DNA of 35,970 nt, filler included, from an uncultured Ignavibacteriales bacterium (GTDB lineage Bacteria > Zixibacteria > MSB-5A5 > GN15 > FEB-12), in NCBI GenBank assembly GCA_964464605.1. It is 7 parts of 7 records of this genome, joined end to end, with 100 filler letters (N's around TTAATTAATTAA, not from the genome) between each part and the next. Parts side by side here need not be neighbours in the genome. Positions count along the whole stretch, not along the records: positions 27,125 to 30,378 come from CAYXJN010000015.1; positions 30,479 to 32,602 come from CAYXJN010000016.1; positions 32,703 to 34,471 come from CAYXJN010000017.1; positions 34,572 to 35,970 come from CAYXJN010000018.1; 3 more parts are not named here. One strand, written 5' to 3'. The number at the start of each line of letters is the position of its first letter. Position 1 is the first letter of the stretch. The notes below the pieces were generated by a model that saw only the letters and a program-made list of their open reading frames with translations, searched no databases and was not told where the DNA came from. Positions 27,234-35,970 of the stretch are shown here, one piece after another. The position numbers and the translations under genes were made by a program.

Positions 27234-29825
27234 TTATTTCAAGAACACCATCTTCTTGGTGTCGGTGAATGTACCGGCCTGGAGTTTATAGAAGTAGACA
27301 CCAGAGGCGTTACCATCGGCAATCCAATCAACCGTGACCTGTTCAGCGCCGGCAGTGCGGCCTGTAAAGGTCTTCACGGCCTGACCAGTGACGTTATAAA
27401 TAGTCAGGCTGTATTCCACGGCGGCCTTCGTAGTGAAGGAGATCGTGGTCTTGGGGTTGAACGGATTCGGATAGTTCTGCTTCAAGGCAAACTCGGTCGG
27501 AAGCGCTTTCGCAACTGCCGTCACCATGCCGCCTTCCGGCGTGGCAAATTCAGCCGAGATCACGTTGCCGGAAACGGACAGGAAGGTACCCGAGAAGGTG
27601 CCTAAGGAAGTCCGGTTCTCAACGTTGGTGTACACTAAAATACGGGTATTGGTACCGTCGAAGGCATAGAGCATGTCAACGTCCTTGGCAAGCAAGGTCG
27701 GGACAACATTACCTTCCACCACCACTGCCGCAGCGGCTACCGTCGCGTCAATAGACACCTGTCCATTGCCAACTGAGTAGGTCGCTTCAATAGCAGCCGG
27801 AACGGTCTTCGGGAACGGATTGGCGTCGCCGATAACCACACGGATCAAGTAGACCAAGTCGGCAACGGAGAGGGTAATACCGTCAGCGTTGACGTCAGAG
27901 GCCGCAATCTGACCCTGGAGGTTAACATGGAAGACGCTCAAACCATAGACGAAGTAATTGCTGTAGAGAACAGCGTCCGCGATTTCATTCGCGATTTCGT
28001 TTAAGTTCAAGTCGCCGCGCGCGTCAATAGAGTCGGCGCAGACGATATCGATACCGCCGTTCTGGAAGTCAACAACACGCAACGGATCCGGTTTGCCATC
28101 GCCTAAAGCCGTATCGCAGGTGCTGTTGGCACCATACCAGGACGGGAAGGCGTGGCCGAGATCTTCGATCGGGTTGACATTGTCAAAGTCATAAACGTGA
28201 CGGGAAATGTATAACGTGTCGCCGCTGACGGATGAGAAGGCGTTGTCGCCGCAATCATACCAGATGAACCGGATCGGCACATACATACATTCAAACGTAC
28301 GGTTGTCGCTGACTAAGAAGGTCAGCTTGACCAACTCGCCGGAATCACCCGATTGACCGCCGAAGCAGTCCGGATGGTTCGCGCCGTTGTTGGTTTCGGC
28401 AATCGCCACGATACGGACGATACCGGTCGGGCAGGCCGAATTACCGCAGTTACCGTTGGCGCCGAAGCGGTAGGTGAAATATTCCCATCCGCAATCAACG
28501 AGCAACTGACCCGGCACCGCTGACAACAAGTTCAGCGCTGAAGCGTCATATTGCACCAACAGATCAAAACCGCCCATCTCAAGACCCGGAACGACAGTGC
28601 TGTCAAGCCAGATAGAAACTTCCTGGGTTTGACCCTGAATCGTGTTGTGAGTCTTTTCGATAGTGACCAGCATGGTCGGAATCACCTTGATGGTGACACA
28701 GCAGGTATCGGCATTGGACGGACTGCACGGAACACAGGTGTTAGCGCCATCAGAAGCCTTTATGCACAGAGTAAAGTTTCCGATGTAGTTGTTCTGTTCC
28801 TGAGTCGTCCAGCTCCATTCGCCGGTAGCCGGATTGATCGTAATCGCGCCGACTCCACCCGGACCAGAGAAGCTGGCCACGCTGTAGAGAATCGCGGAAG
28901 GACCGTTATCCGGGTCGGTGGCATTGACATCACCGGACGCGATTTCACCCCAGATAATCTGGGTCGTGTCGGTCGGGCAGGTCAAGACCGGAGCCTGGTT
29001 CGTAACACAGATATCAAAGCTCCGCTGGGCCGTTGAGCCGCAGGAGTCCGCTACTTGCACCGTCACAGTGTGTACGCAGACATCGCCGCCGCCCGGAGTC
29101 CAGGCAATGGCGCCCGTGGTCGGATTGACCGTTAAGGCAGCCGGGCCGGAGACTTTGGAATAGGTCAGTTTTTCGCAGCCGTTGGCCAGATCATTATCCG
29201 CGCCGACTGCGCTTGTGGTAAACAGATTACCCCAGGCAACTGTCCCGTTTGCAATCGCGGCCAGTGTCGGTGCCTGGTTGGCAATCGTCACGACGCCTGA
29301 GGTCACCGTGGCCGGGACTAAGGCGTTGGTCGCACAATCAACAAATTGGGTTGAGACAGCGCTTTGGTTGGCACAGAACACAGCGTTCGCACCAGCCAGG
29401 GTAAAGCTGCCGCTGCAGACATTGCCGGAGGTAAACGAAAATGTTGCTACCTTCTTCGGGAAGGGGCCAGTCAAACAAGTATTCATCGGACTGGTCTTCA
29501 TACCGGCAATTCGGATGGTGTCGGGCGAGGTATTGTTCACCCCGGAGAGGTCAACAATCGTCGTCATTGATGCCAATACCGCCGGATCGATAGTCAACCC
29601 GGAAGCGGTATAAAACGCGCCGCCTGAGGTTGACGTTGCCACCAGCACGATTTCAAACGCACTGACGTCGGCCGTCGGATTGACAGAGATGTCGACTGTC
29701 CCGGGCGTACAGCGGGAGACGGCTTTTGATTGTACCGTCACCGACTGGCTATATCCCAGGGCAAACCCAAACACCAGGATAAAGGAGGTCAGCAGCAAAG
29801 AATATATGCTTCTTTTGTGCATCAT
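27234..29825 (-). CDS. Secreted multidomain protein: Ig-like repeats, cohesin-like and dockerin-like domains, C-terminal T9SS/FlgD-type sorting domain
   Basis: Signal peptide; NQAP repeats; MGGFDLLVQYD (cohesin-like); GDLNLN...SDVNADGITLSVADLVYLI (dockerin-like); QNYPNPFNP...SGVYFYKL...KKMVFLK. Confidence 0.8.
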   Translation of the reverse strand: MMHKRSIYSLLLTSFILVFGFALGYSQSVTVQSKAVSRCTPGTVDISVNPTADVSAFEIVLVATSTSGGAFYTASGLTIDPAVLASMTTIVDLSGVNNTSPDTIRIAGMKTSPMNTCLTGPFPKKVATFSFTSGNVCSGSFTLAGANAVFCANQSAVSTQFVDCATNALVPATVTSGVVTIANQAPTLAAIANGTVAWGNLFTTSAVGADNDLANGCEKLTYSKVSGPAALTVNPTTGAIAWTPGGGDVCVHTVTVQVADSCGSTAQRSFDICVTNQAPVLTCPTDTTQIIWGEIASGDVNATDPDNGPSAILYSVASFSGPGGVGAITINPATGEWSWTTQEQNNYIGNFTLCIKASDGANTCVPCSPSNADTCCVTIKVIPTMLVTIEKTHNTIQGQTQEVSIWLDSTVVPGLEMGGFDLLVQYDASALNLLSAVPGQLLVDCGWEYFTYRFGANGNCGNSACPTGIVRIVAIAETNNGANHPDCFGGQSGDSGELVKLTFLVSDNRTFECMYVPIRFIWYDCGDNAFSSVSGDTLYISRHVYDFDNVNPIEDLGHAFPSWYGANSTCDTALGDGKPDPLRVVDFQNGGIDIVCADSIDARGDLNLNEIANEIADAVLYSNYFVYGLSVFHVNLQGQIAASDVNADGITLSVADLVYLIRVVIGDANPFPKTVPAAIEATYSVGNGQVSIDATVAAAAVVVEGNVVPTLLAKDVDMLYAFDGTNTRILVYTNVENRTSLGTFSGTFLSVSGNVISAEFATPEGGMVTAVAKALPTEFALKQNYPNPFNPKTTISFTTKAAVEYSLTIYNVTGQAVKTFTGRTAGAEQVTVDWIADGNASGVYFYKLQAGTFTDTKKMVFLK

Positions 29826-30198
29826 TAGAATGCTCCTTTAACAGACTACAGGTCATGTTAATTTCAGATGATGTCTTTTTTGCACGAGAAGACTATCATC
29901 TCATGAAACCGAATAACGCACGCGACAGATATTCGGGTCGTCAAACCAATCCCCGACATACACAATCCCATCAGTTACTACTAACGGGCCGGAAAGCATA
30001 TGTGGTGGGATGATTCGACTAAATAATGTTCGAGAACCAATAAACCATATCTTATCGACTTGGTTTTGAATTCTCTGTAAAACCGGACTGAGGAGCTGAA
30101 TTGATGCAGTAACTTCAATTATTCATTGTTGTTACATAAGGTGCTTCAGGTTCAAAACAGCAGCGCGTGTGAACACAACTATTTCCCTAGACGAACAA

Positions 30199-30226
30199 AA
30201 TCTAACAAATTACCCCAAATTGTCAA
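30199..30226 (-). promoter_or_regulatory. Sigma70-like promoter for the 863-aa gene
   Basis: TTGACA-16 nt-TAGATT on the minus strand. Confidence 0.5.
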
Positions 30227-30480
30227 TACTTTTTACCACATTCGACCACCAATAGAAAGAAAAGAAGGGGAATGAAGAGAAGACAGACTAACTAAAGAAC
30301 CTCCGCGTAGACCAGTTCACTGGTCGCTTTTTACTGATCAAATCTGACCCCACATGTCGCAGGAACTGACCAAGCCGGNNNNNNNNNNNNNNNNNNNNNN
30401 NNNNNNNNNNNNNNNNNNNNNNTTAATTAATTAANNNNNNNNNNNNNNNNNNNNNNNNNNNNNNNNNNNNNNNNNNNNGC

Positions 30481-30516
30481 AAAAAAAGGGTGGGTATCCG
30501 GTCTGGATACCCACCC
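30481..30516 (-). terminator. Intrinsic terminator
   Basis: GGGTGGGTATCC-GGTCT-GGATACCCACCC stem with an A7 run on the plus strand; identical copy at 34419-34454. Confidence 0.8.
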
Positions 30517-30565
30517 AAAAAGGGACTGAACAGAGGGAAACCCCTGATCAGAATAACCTATTTCA

Positions 30566-33500
30566 TCAACACGGACAAAGCGGAGGCTGAGCGCCGCCGT
30601 TGAACAGGAACTGAACCAGGTAGGTAAGGTCAGCTACCGTGATACCGCCTAAGCCGTTCACGTTCGCTTCATCCGTACACACCGGAGTAGCACCGCTGTT
30701 GAACAGGAACTGAACCAGGAAGGTCAAGTCCGCTACCGTCACGCCGTCACCAACGCTGTTGTTCACGTTACCACGACGGTTGATACAGCAGCTGGCACAA
30801 CCACCAGTACAGCTATCACGCACGATGGACGGAATGTTCTTCGCGTTCAACCATGCTTTACCCTGAGACAAACGACCCGTCAAGGTCGCCTGGCTGCCGT
30901 TACGAACAGTCGCATACACCGTGTAGTAACGAAGCGTATCCGTATTGTTCAACGTCAGGTTGTGATCAAAGCACATACCCATGTGCAAGTCTTCAACTGA
31001 ATCCGAAGCCGCAAAGCCGGGAGTCGCGAAGTTCTTGTACAGTTCTTTCGCCACGAATCCGTTGTTCGTGAACACAAACGAATCGTTTTCGGCCGTGTAC
31101 GCACTGTGCGCCAGCGAGTCGGTTGACTTCGTCGCGTTCACGTACTTGTACACATACTTCATACCGCCGAAACGAAGTGAATCTGCCTGGCAGGCCGCGT
31201 TACCAGCGGAATCATTATAATCCACGCCACGCTGCCAGATTTCCTGGTTCAAGCTCACCGCGGAACTGTTATCCGCGCCTGAGTCTGACGGAATATCCCA
31301 GTCGATAGCTTCACCGATCGTCACCCCGCTGCGCGGAGTACCAACCGATGTCAACCAGACTTTCAAACACTGAATGATGAACAACGTATCGTTCGTCGCA
31401 TTCGTGATCTTCGGCGCATACCACATCTTCTCCATCGAGATTGAGGTATCGCGGCTCACGAAACGGGCCGTACGATAGTATTCAAAGTCCGGACAATCTC
31501 TAAACCGCGGCAGCCACTTCGTCGAATCAGGTAAACCGGTGTACGGACGAAGCGCTGAGCTGTCTTCAAGCCAGCTGTCGCCGAAAATAGTCCAGTTCAT
31601 TACCGTGTCAGCGCCGGCAACCCAGCCGATAACGGCGGAACCGTCATACAGGTAGGTTTCCAAAGTCGTGTCGCATTCGCCGTTACCGACGAAGTCAAGA
31701 TTCACGCGACCCTGACCCTGATTACCGTAGTTACCGTTAGAGGAAACAACCAATTCCTGCTTCGCTACACCACCCTGACGGATGAACAGCGTATCCAAGG
31801 ACGGAGGAACGACCGTGTCGGCTACCGTGAACAGAATCGGAAGCGTATCCGGACTGGTCGGAGCGTTGGAGGTAAACACCAACCCACCCGTCAGCACCGT
31901 TTTACCCGCAACCGGGTTCACAATACCGCCCGTGTTCAAACGAACCGTACCGGTCACCGAGTTCGAGAAGCCGGAGGCTACCGGGCTGGTGAAACCGGTG
32001 AAGGTCAACCAACCGGCAGGACCGGTCGTTTCGAATTTCGCTACCGTATACGTCAAGTTCACGTTACCGGTGTTTTCAACTTTCAATGCAGAGTCTTTCT
32101 GCACACCCGGTTTACCCCAGGCAGGGAACGAGATATCAGAATAAGCCAGGGTCAAAATCGGATTCGGAACCGGATCGACGCAGGCGACACGAGCCCACGC
32201 GACTGTGGCATTCTGCCACGTACCTTCCGGACGAATCGCTCCACCCGGATCCGGATCTTGGATGTACTGCATATCAAGATATTCAGCGTCGGTGTAGGAA
32301 CCGGACGGATCGATAAGCGGCGCATCACCGAAGTTACCGGCATAGTCGGTACCAAACGGAGCTACCGTTACCCACTGATCAGCAAAGCACGGACCACCGG
32401 TACCGGTAGCCGAGTCGCAGCCCGGAGTACGGGAATTCGTCAGGTTGCGGGCCTGATCCCAGGTCACGCCGCCGTCGGATGAAATGACGACATACAGTTC
32501 GCCGTTAGCTGCGCCACCCGGATCGGAAGTTGCGCGGGCCGCGCAGTCATCTTCTACGCCATCCGGAATGTCGTTGAACTGAACGAACACGATGTACAGT
32601 TTNNNNNNNNNNNNNNNNNNNNNNNNNNNNNNNNNNNNNNNNNNNNTTAATTAATTAANNNNNNNNNNNNNNNNNNNNNNNNNNNNNNNNNNNNNNNNNN
32701 NNCATCTTCTACGCCATCCGGAATGTCGTTGAACTGAACGAACACGATGTACAGTTTGCCTTCGCATTCGGCGATATTCACTTTTGCAGCGTTCAAGTTA
32801 AACGCACCGCCGTTACAGGTCGTCTGATCCCACTCAGCGCTATGCGCGGTACGATAGACGTTCGCCGGGAATGCTTCTGACCAGAAGAAAATACGGCCGC
32901 GGAGCAAGCCGGCTTCGCCGCCGGTGTTCGCATCGGCCGGCCAGGTCATTGCGTCAAAGGCACAGGCCGCATTGTTACCGGTCGTAATAATTCCGGAAAG
33001 GTTCGCATACGGACGGAATCCAGCGATACCATCAATGTTCTTCGTAACATTGATACGCGGAGAGAATGTAGCACCACCGTTAGTCGAAATTTGGCAATAT
33101 ACGTCCTGGTCAAACTGAACGAACTGAAGCCCGTTGTTGCTTGAGCAGGTATCGCAGTCGCCGGTGTTCGGGCGATCAGCTGTCCAGAACAACGCAACTT
33201 TCTGAGTTGTTCTTGACGCAGCTATATCGTAGGAGGTTAGGAACGTCGTATCAACCTGACGTGCCAACACCCACGTTCCGGCGTTATCGCGACCATCTTT
33301 ACGGAAATATTTTAATCCTTTGGGATCGCCGCCGGCAGTCGCCGAGAAAGATGAAAACGAGTGCGTAATCGTATCGCCACCGACGACCTGATACGCTACG
33401 GCCGGCCAGATGAATTCCTGCTGGCCAGGGGTACCGTCATCGGCAACCGAAAGCGGGATGGCAGACAGCTTGGTGCTGAAAAATGCCGCACCCGGTGAAA

Positions 33501-34083
33501 AGTCATAATAAATCTGAACAAATCCGGCTCCGCTCACTTCGTGACCACCCACAACAGCCAAGTTGTCCGGAGTTACATCCTGAACAACATAACCGCCGCG
33601 GAAATCACCGGGAGGATCCTGAATGTGGACCTTCGAACCGGTCGTAAAGCTACCGGTCTTGGCGTTCCAGGCGCGATAGCCGTAACCACGACCGTTACCG
33701 CCGGCAAACGCACCGTCCTGGTCCATCCAGGCAAAGTGCACAAGCAGCGTATCGTTCGGGACTGTGCCGTGTTTACCGGTCTGAGCCTGGCGCTTCATTG
33801 AACCGTTGGCCTGATAATCATACCAGGTGTTTCCTACAACTTTACCCGGGCTGGCCGATTGGAAAGATGAGGAAACGGATGAGCGCACTTCACGTCCGCG
33901 GGACGTGGCGCTATTTGCTGATTCATCCGGAAACGCATACATCGTTCCTTTGTAGATGCGCGGATCAATCTTTCTGCGATTCAGCGCGTCCAGTTCTTTT
34001 TGCGAACGGACAGCGAACACAGCAGAAGCCGCAAGCATCACGGTCAGCAGTGCGAGAATACTCCATACGGAAAACTTTTTCAT
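30566..34083 (-). CDS. Large secreted protein (~1120 aa after merging across the gap) with BNR/Asp-box repeats and C-terminal dockerin
   Basis: 55-nt overlap 32548-32602 = 32703-32757 joins the two ORFs. Signal peptide; STNGGATF and SSDGGVTW Asp-boxes; duplicated NVN...TVADLT(F/Y)LVQFLF. Confidence 0.8.
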
Positions 34084-34387
34084 TCTCCGTTGCTCCTTTC
34101 ATACAGTTCTTTAGTTCCCAACTTTATCCTTGCACGCAAGGAATAAGTTTTTCATTCACAAATGACAATCATTCGCCCACGCGACTTCGCCATTCGCGTG
34201 TGCGGCAATACGGTGTGTTTACCCGTTTCTTAAGATTCTCCTCCTTTCGACCTTATATCTATCTACAGAATCGTAATCAGTTCTAAACCAGCCACCCGGC
34301 AGCAGCCGGACGGGGAATTATTTTCTGTTCCAAATAGAGGAATTATCAAACGCGTGAACAAAGACGCACATTCTGCGCTACCGGGTA

Positions 34388-34416
34388 AAGATACAAATCT
34401 ATCTTTTGTTTTCCAA
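34388..34416 (-). promoter_or_regulatory. Possible sigma70 promoter
   Basis: TTGGAA-17 nt-TATCTT on the minus strand, immediately after the upstream terminator copy. Confidence 0.4.
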
Positions 34417-34578
34417 GCAAAAAAAGGGTGGGTATCCGGTCTGGATACCCACCCAAAAAGGGACTGAACAGNNNNNNNNNNNNNNNNNNNNNNNNNNNNN
34501 NNNNNNNNNNNNNNNTTAATTAATTAANNNNNNNNNNNNNNNNNNNNNNNNNNNNNNNNNNNNNNNNNNNNTTGCTGG

Positions 34579-34652
34579 GGGCGCGTCACTCCAGTGACGC
34601 GTCATGCGGTGCGGCAACAGCGAGGAAGACGCGCCACTGGAGTGGCGCGCCC
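34579..34652. repeat. REP-like inverted doublet
   Basis: GGGCGCGTCACTCCAGTGACGCGTC (34579-34603) and inverted GACGCGCCACTGGAGTGGCGCGCCC (34628-34652); each is a hairpin, with compensatory differences. Confidence 0.65.
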
Positions 34653-35970
34653 ATAGGCGCTAACTTTGTATTGACGTTGGGTCTTGCAAGCCTATCTCGC
34701 GGTGATGTTGACCATGTCACAGTTGGATGCCGGTTGGCAGGATCTGGTGAGCCGGGTGGGCTCGACGGAGGAACTGGAAGCGTCGGCGAAGGCAAGCGGC
34801 GCGCTGGTTCGCCGTCGGGAGATCAAGAAGGCGGATGACCTGCTGCGGCTTGCGCTGGCTTACGGGCCGTGTGGGAAGTCGCTGCGCGAGACGGCGGCGT
34901 GGGCGCAGACGACCGGTGTGGGCGAGCTGTCGGACGTTGCCGTCCTCAAGCGCCTGCGCGGGTGCGCGAAGTGGCTGGAAGGGCTGGTCGGCAATCTGCT
35001 GGCAAGGCGGGTGGGCAGCGTCGGGCTGACGGGCGGCCGGCCTGTCCGGCTGGTCGACAGCACGACGATCAGCGAGCGCGGCAGCGACGGGGCCGATTGG
35101 CGGCTGCACTGCTGCTACGATCCACGGATCGGCCGCTGCGTCGATTGCGAGCTGACGACGGTCAAGGTGGGCGAGCACTTGCGGCGGGTCAAGGTGGCGC
35201 CGGGCGAGATCTGGCTGGGCGACCGCAACTACGCCAAGGGCGATGGGCTGCACCATGTGATCGAGGCCGGCGCCGACTTCGTGGTGCGCATCAGCTGGAA
35301 CTCGCTGTCGTTGCGCACCAGGCATGGCCAGCCGTTCGACCTGGCCGGGCGGCTTGGGCGGCTGGGCAAAGCCCAGCGGGCAGAGTGGCGGGCGGTTGCC
35401 CACACGCCCGACGGCAAGACGGTGCCGGTCCGCCTCCTGGTCCGGCGCAAGCCGCGCGAAGCGATCCAGCGCGAGATCAAGCGCATCACCGAAAAGGCCG
35501 CCCGGCGCGGCCGCACCCGGCGCAGCGGCGAGCCCGACCGGCGCAGCCGGATCGCCGCCCGCTATACCATCGTGGCCACCTCGCTGGACGAGCCGGCCAA
35601 CCAGATCTTCGAGCTCTATGCCCTGCGATGGCAGATCGAGATCGCCTTCAAGCGCCTCAAGAGCCTGCTGCACATCGACCGGCTGGAAGCCAGGGATCCC
35701 GACCTCGTACGGGCCTGGATGCTGGCCCACATCATTGCCGCGCTGCTCATCGAAGACCAGGCCGCCGAGGTGCTGGATTTTCCCCCCTCTGCTCTCGGCT
35801 GCGCCGCCTGACCTGCCGCGCCACTGCTGGCGGCTCTTCAAGATCCTGCGCGACGCCATCTATATCGCAATCACCGGACCGTTCCTGCCCGCCGACATCA
35901 TCGCCAATGCAGGCCGCCTCGTGCGACTGCTCTTCGAGCCAACACGACGCAAACGACGGCGAAGACCGTT
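34652..35970 (+). mobile_element. IS4-family insertion sequence, right end outside the window
   Basis: Putative left end CATAGGCGCTAAC followed by a DDE transposase. Confidence 0.7.
34714..35811 (+). CDS. IS4-family DDE transposase
   Basis: RLVDST, LGDRNY and the YREK signature YALRWQIEIAFKRLKS; GC-rich codon usage unlike the rest of the window. Confidence 0.9.
   Translation: MSQLDAGWQDLVSRVGSTEELEASAKASGALVRRREIKKADDLLRLALAYGPCGKSLRETAAWAQTTGVGELSDVAVLKRLRGCAKWLEGLVGNLLARRVGSVGLTGGRPVRLVDSTTISERGSDGADWRLHCCYDPRIGRCVDCELTTVKVGEHLRRVKVAPGEIWLGDRNYAKGDGLHHVIEAGADFVVRISWNSLSLRTRHGQPFDLAGRLGRLGKAQRAEWRAVAHTPDGKTVPVRLLVRRKPREAIQREIKRITEKAARRGRTRRSGEPDRRSRIAARYTIVATSLDEPANQIFELYALRWQIEIAFKRLKSLLHIDRLEARDPDLVRAWMLAHIIAALLIEDQAAEVLDFPPSALGCAA

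Noticed and set aside
34928..34937. TGTCGGACGT, half of the plasmid palindrome
   Set aside because: Only 10 nt, not palindromic, and on an unrelated contig; a chance match.
34717..35859. 380-aa antisense ORF
   Set aside because: Shadow frame of the GC-rich transposase.
27125..35970. Treating these genes as plasmid cargo or host flank
   Set aside because: They are separated by linkers with no sequence overlap, and the plasmid closes on itself.

Overview
The window is a concatenation of assembly pieces joined by 100-nt N linkers containing TTAATTAATTAA. (1) 1-27024 is a closed circle: the first 55 nt recur exactly at 26970-27024, and two internal gaps have 55-nt overlaps, giving about 26.66 kb. 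It is an iteron plasmid carrying repA with oriV, MerR-like HTH/parA/parB, a tyrosine recombinase, parDE, ardC, two Replic_Relax-like genes and a VirD4-like coupling protein. Its cargo is largely defence-related: a three-gene restriction-modification-like operon (partial MTase, NPPY MTase, GIY-YIG/helicase), a catalytically inactive long pAgo with a SIR2 partner, and a TIR gene coupled to an uncharacterised membrane protein. The most striking feature lies in the apparently empty 14.0-15.5 kb region. It is a minus-strand group II ribozyme with circularly permuted domain order (DV-DVI, a ~79-nt exon, then DI-DII-DIII, closed by a split DIV stem). It has no reverse transcriptase and is followed by a 213-aa basic protein of unknown function. 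A 16-bp palindrome TGTCGGAYRTCCGACA occurs six times on the plasmid (probable parS). (2) 27125-34471 holds two unrelated contigs encoding large secreted cohesin/dockerin-type proteins of the kind seen in FCB-group bacteria such as Zixibacteria. (3) 34572-35970 is a GC-rich IS4-family transposase abutting a REP-like doublet. All family assignments are by eye from motifs; no searches were run.
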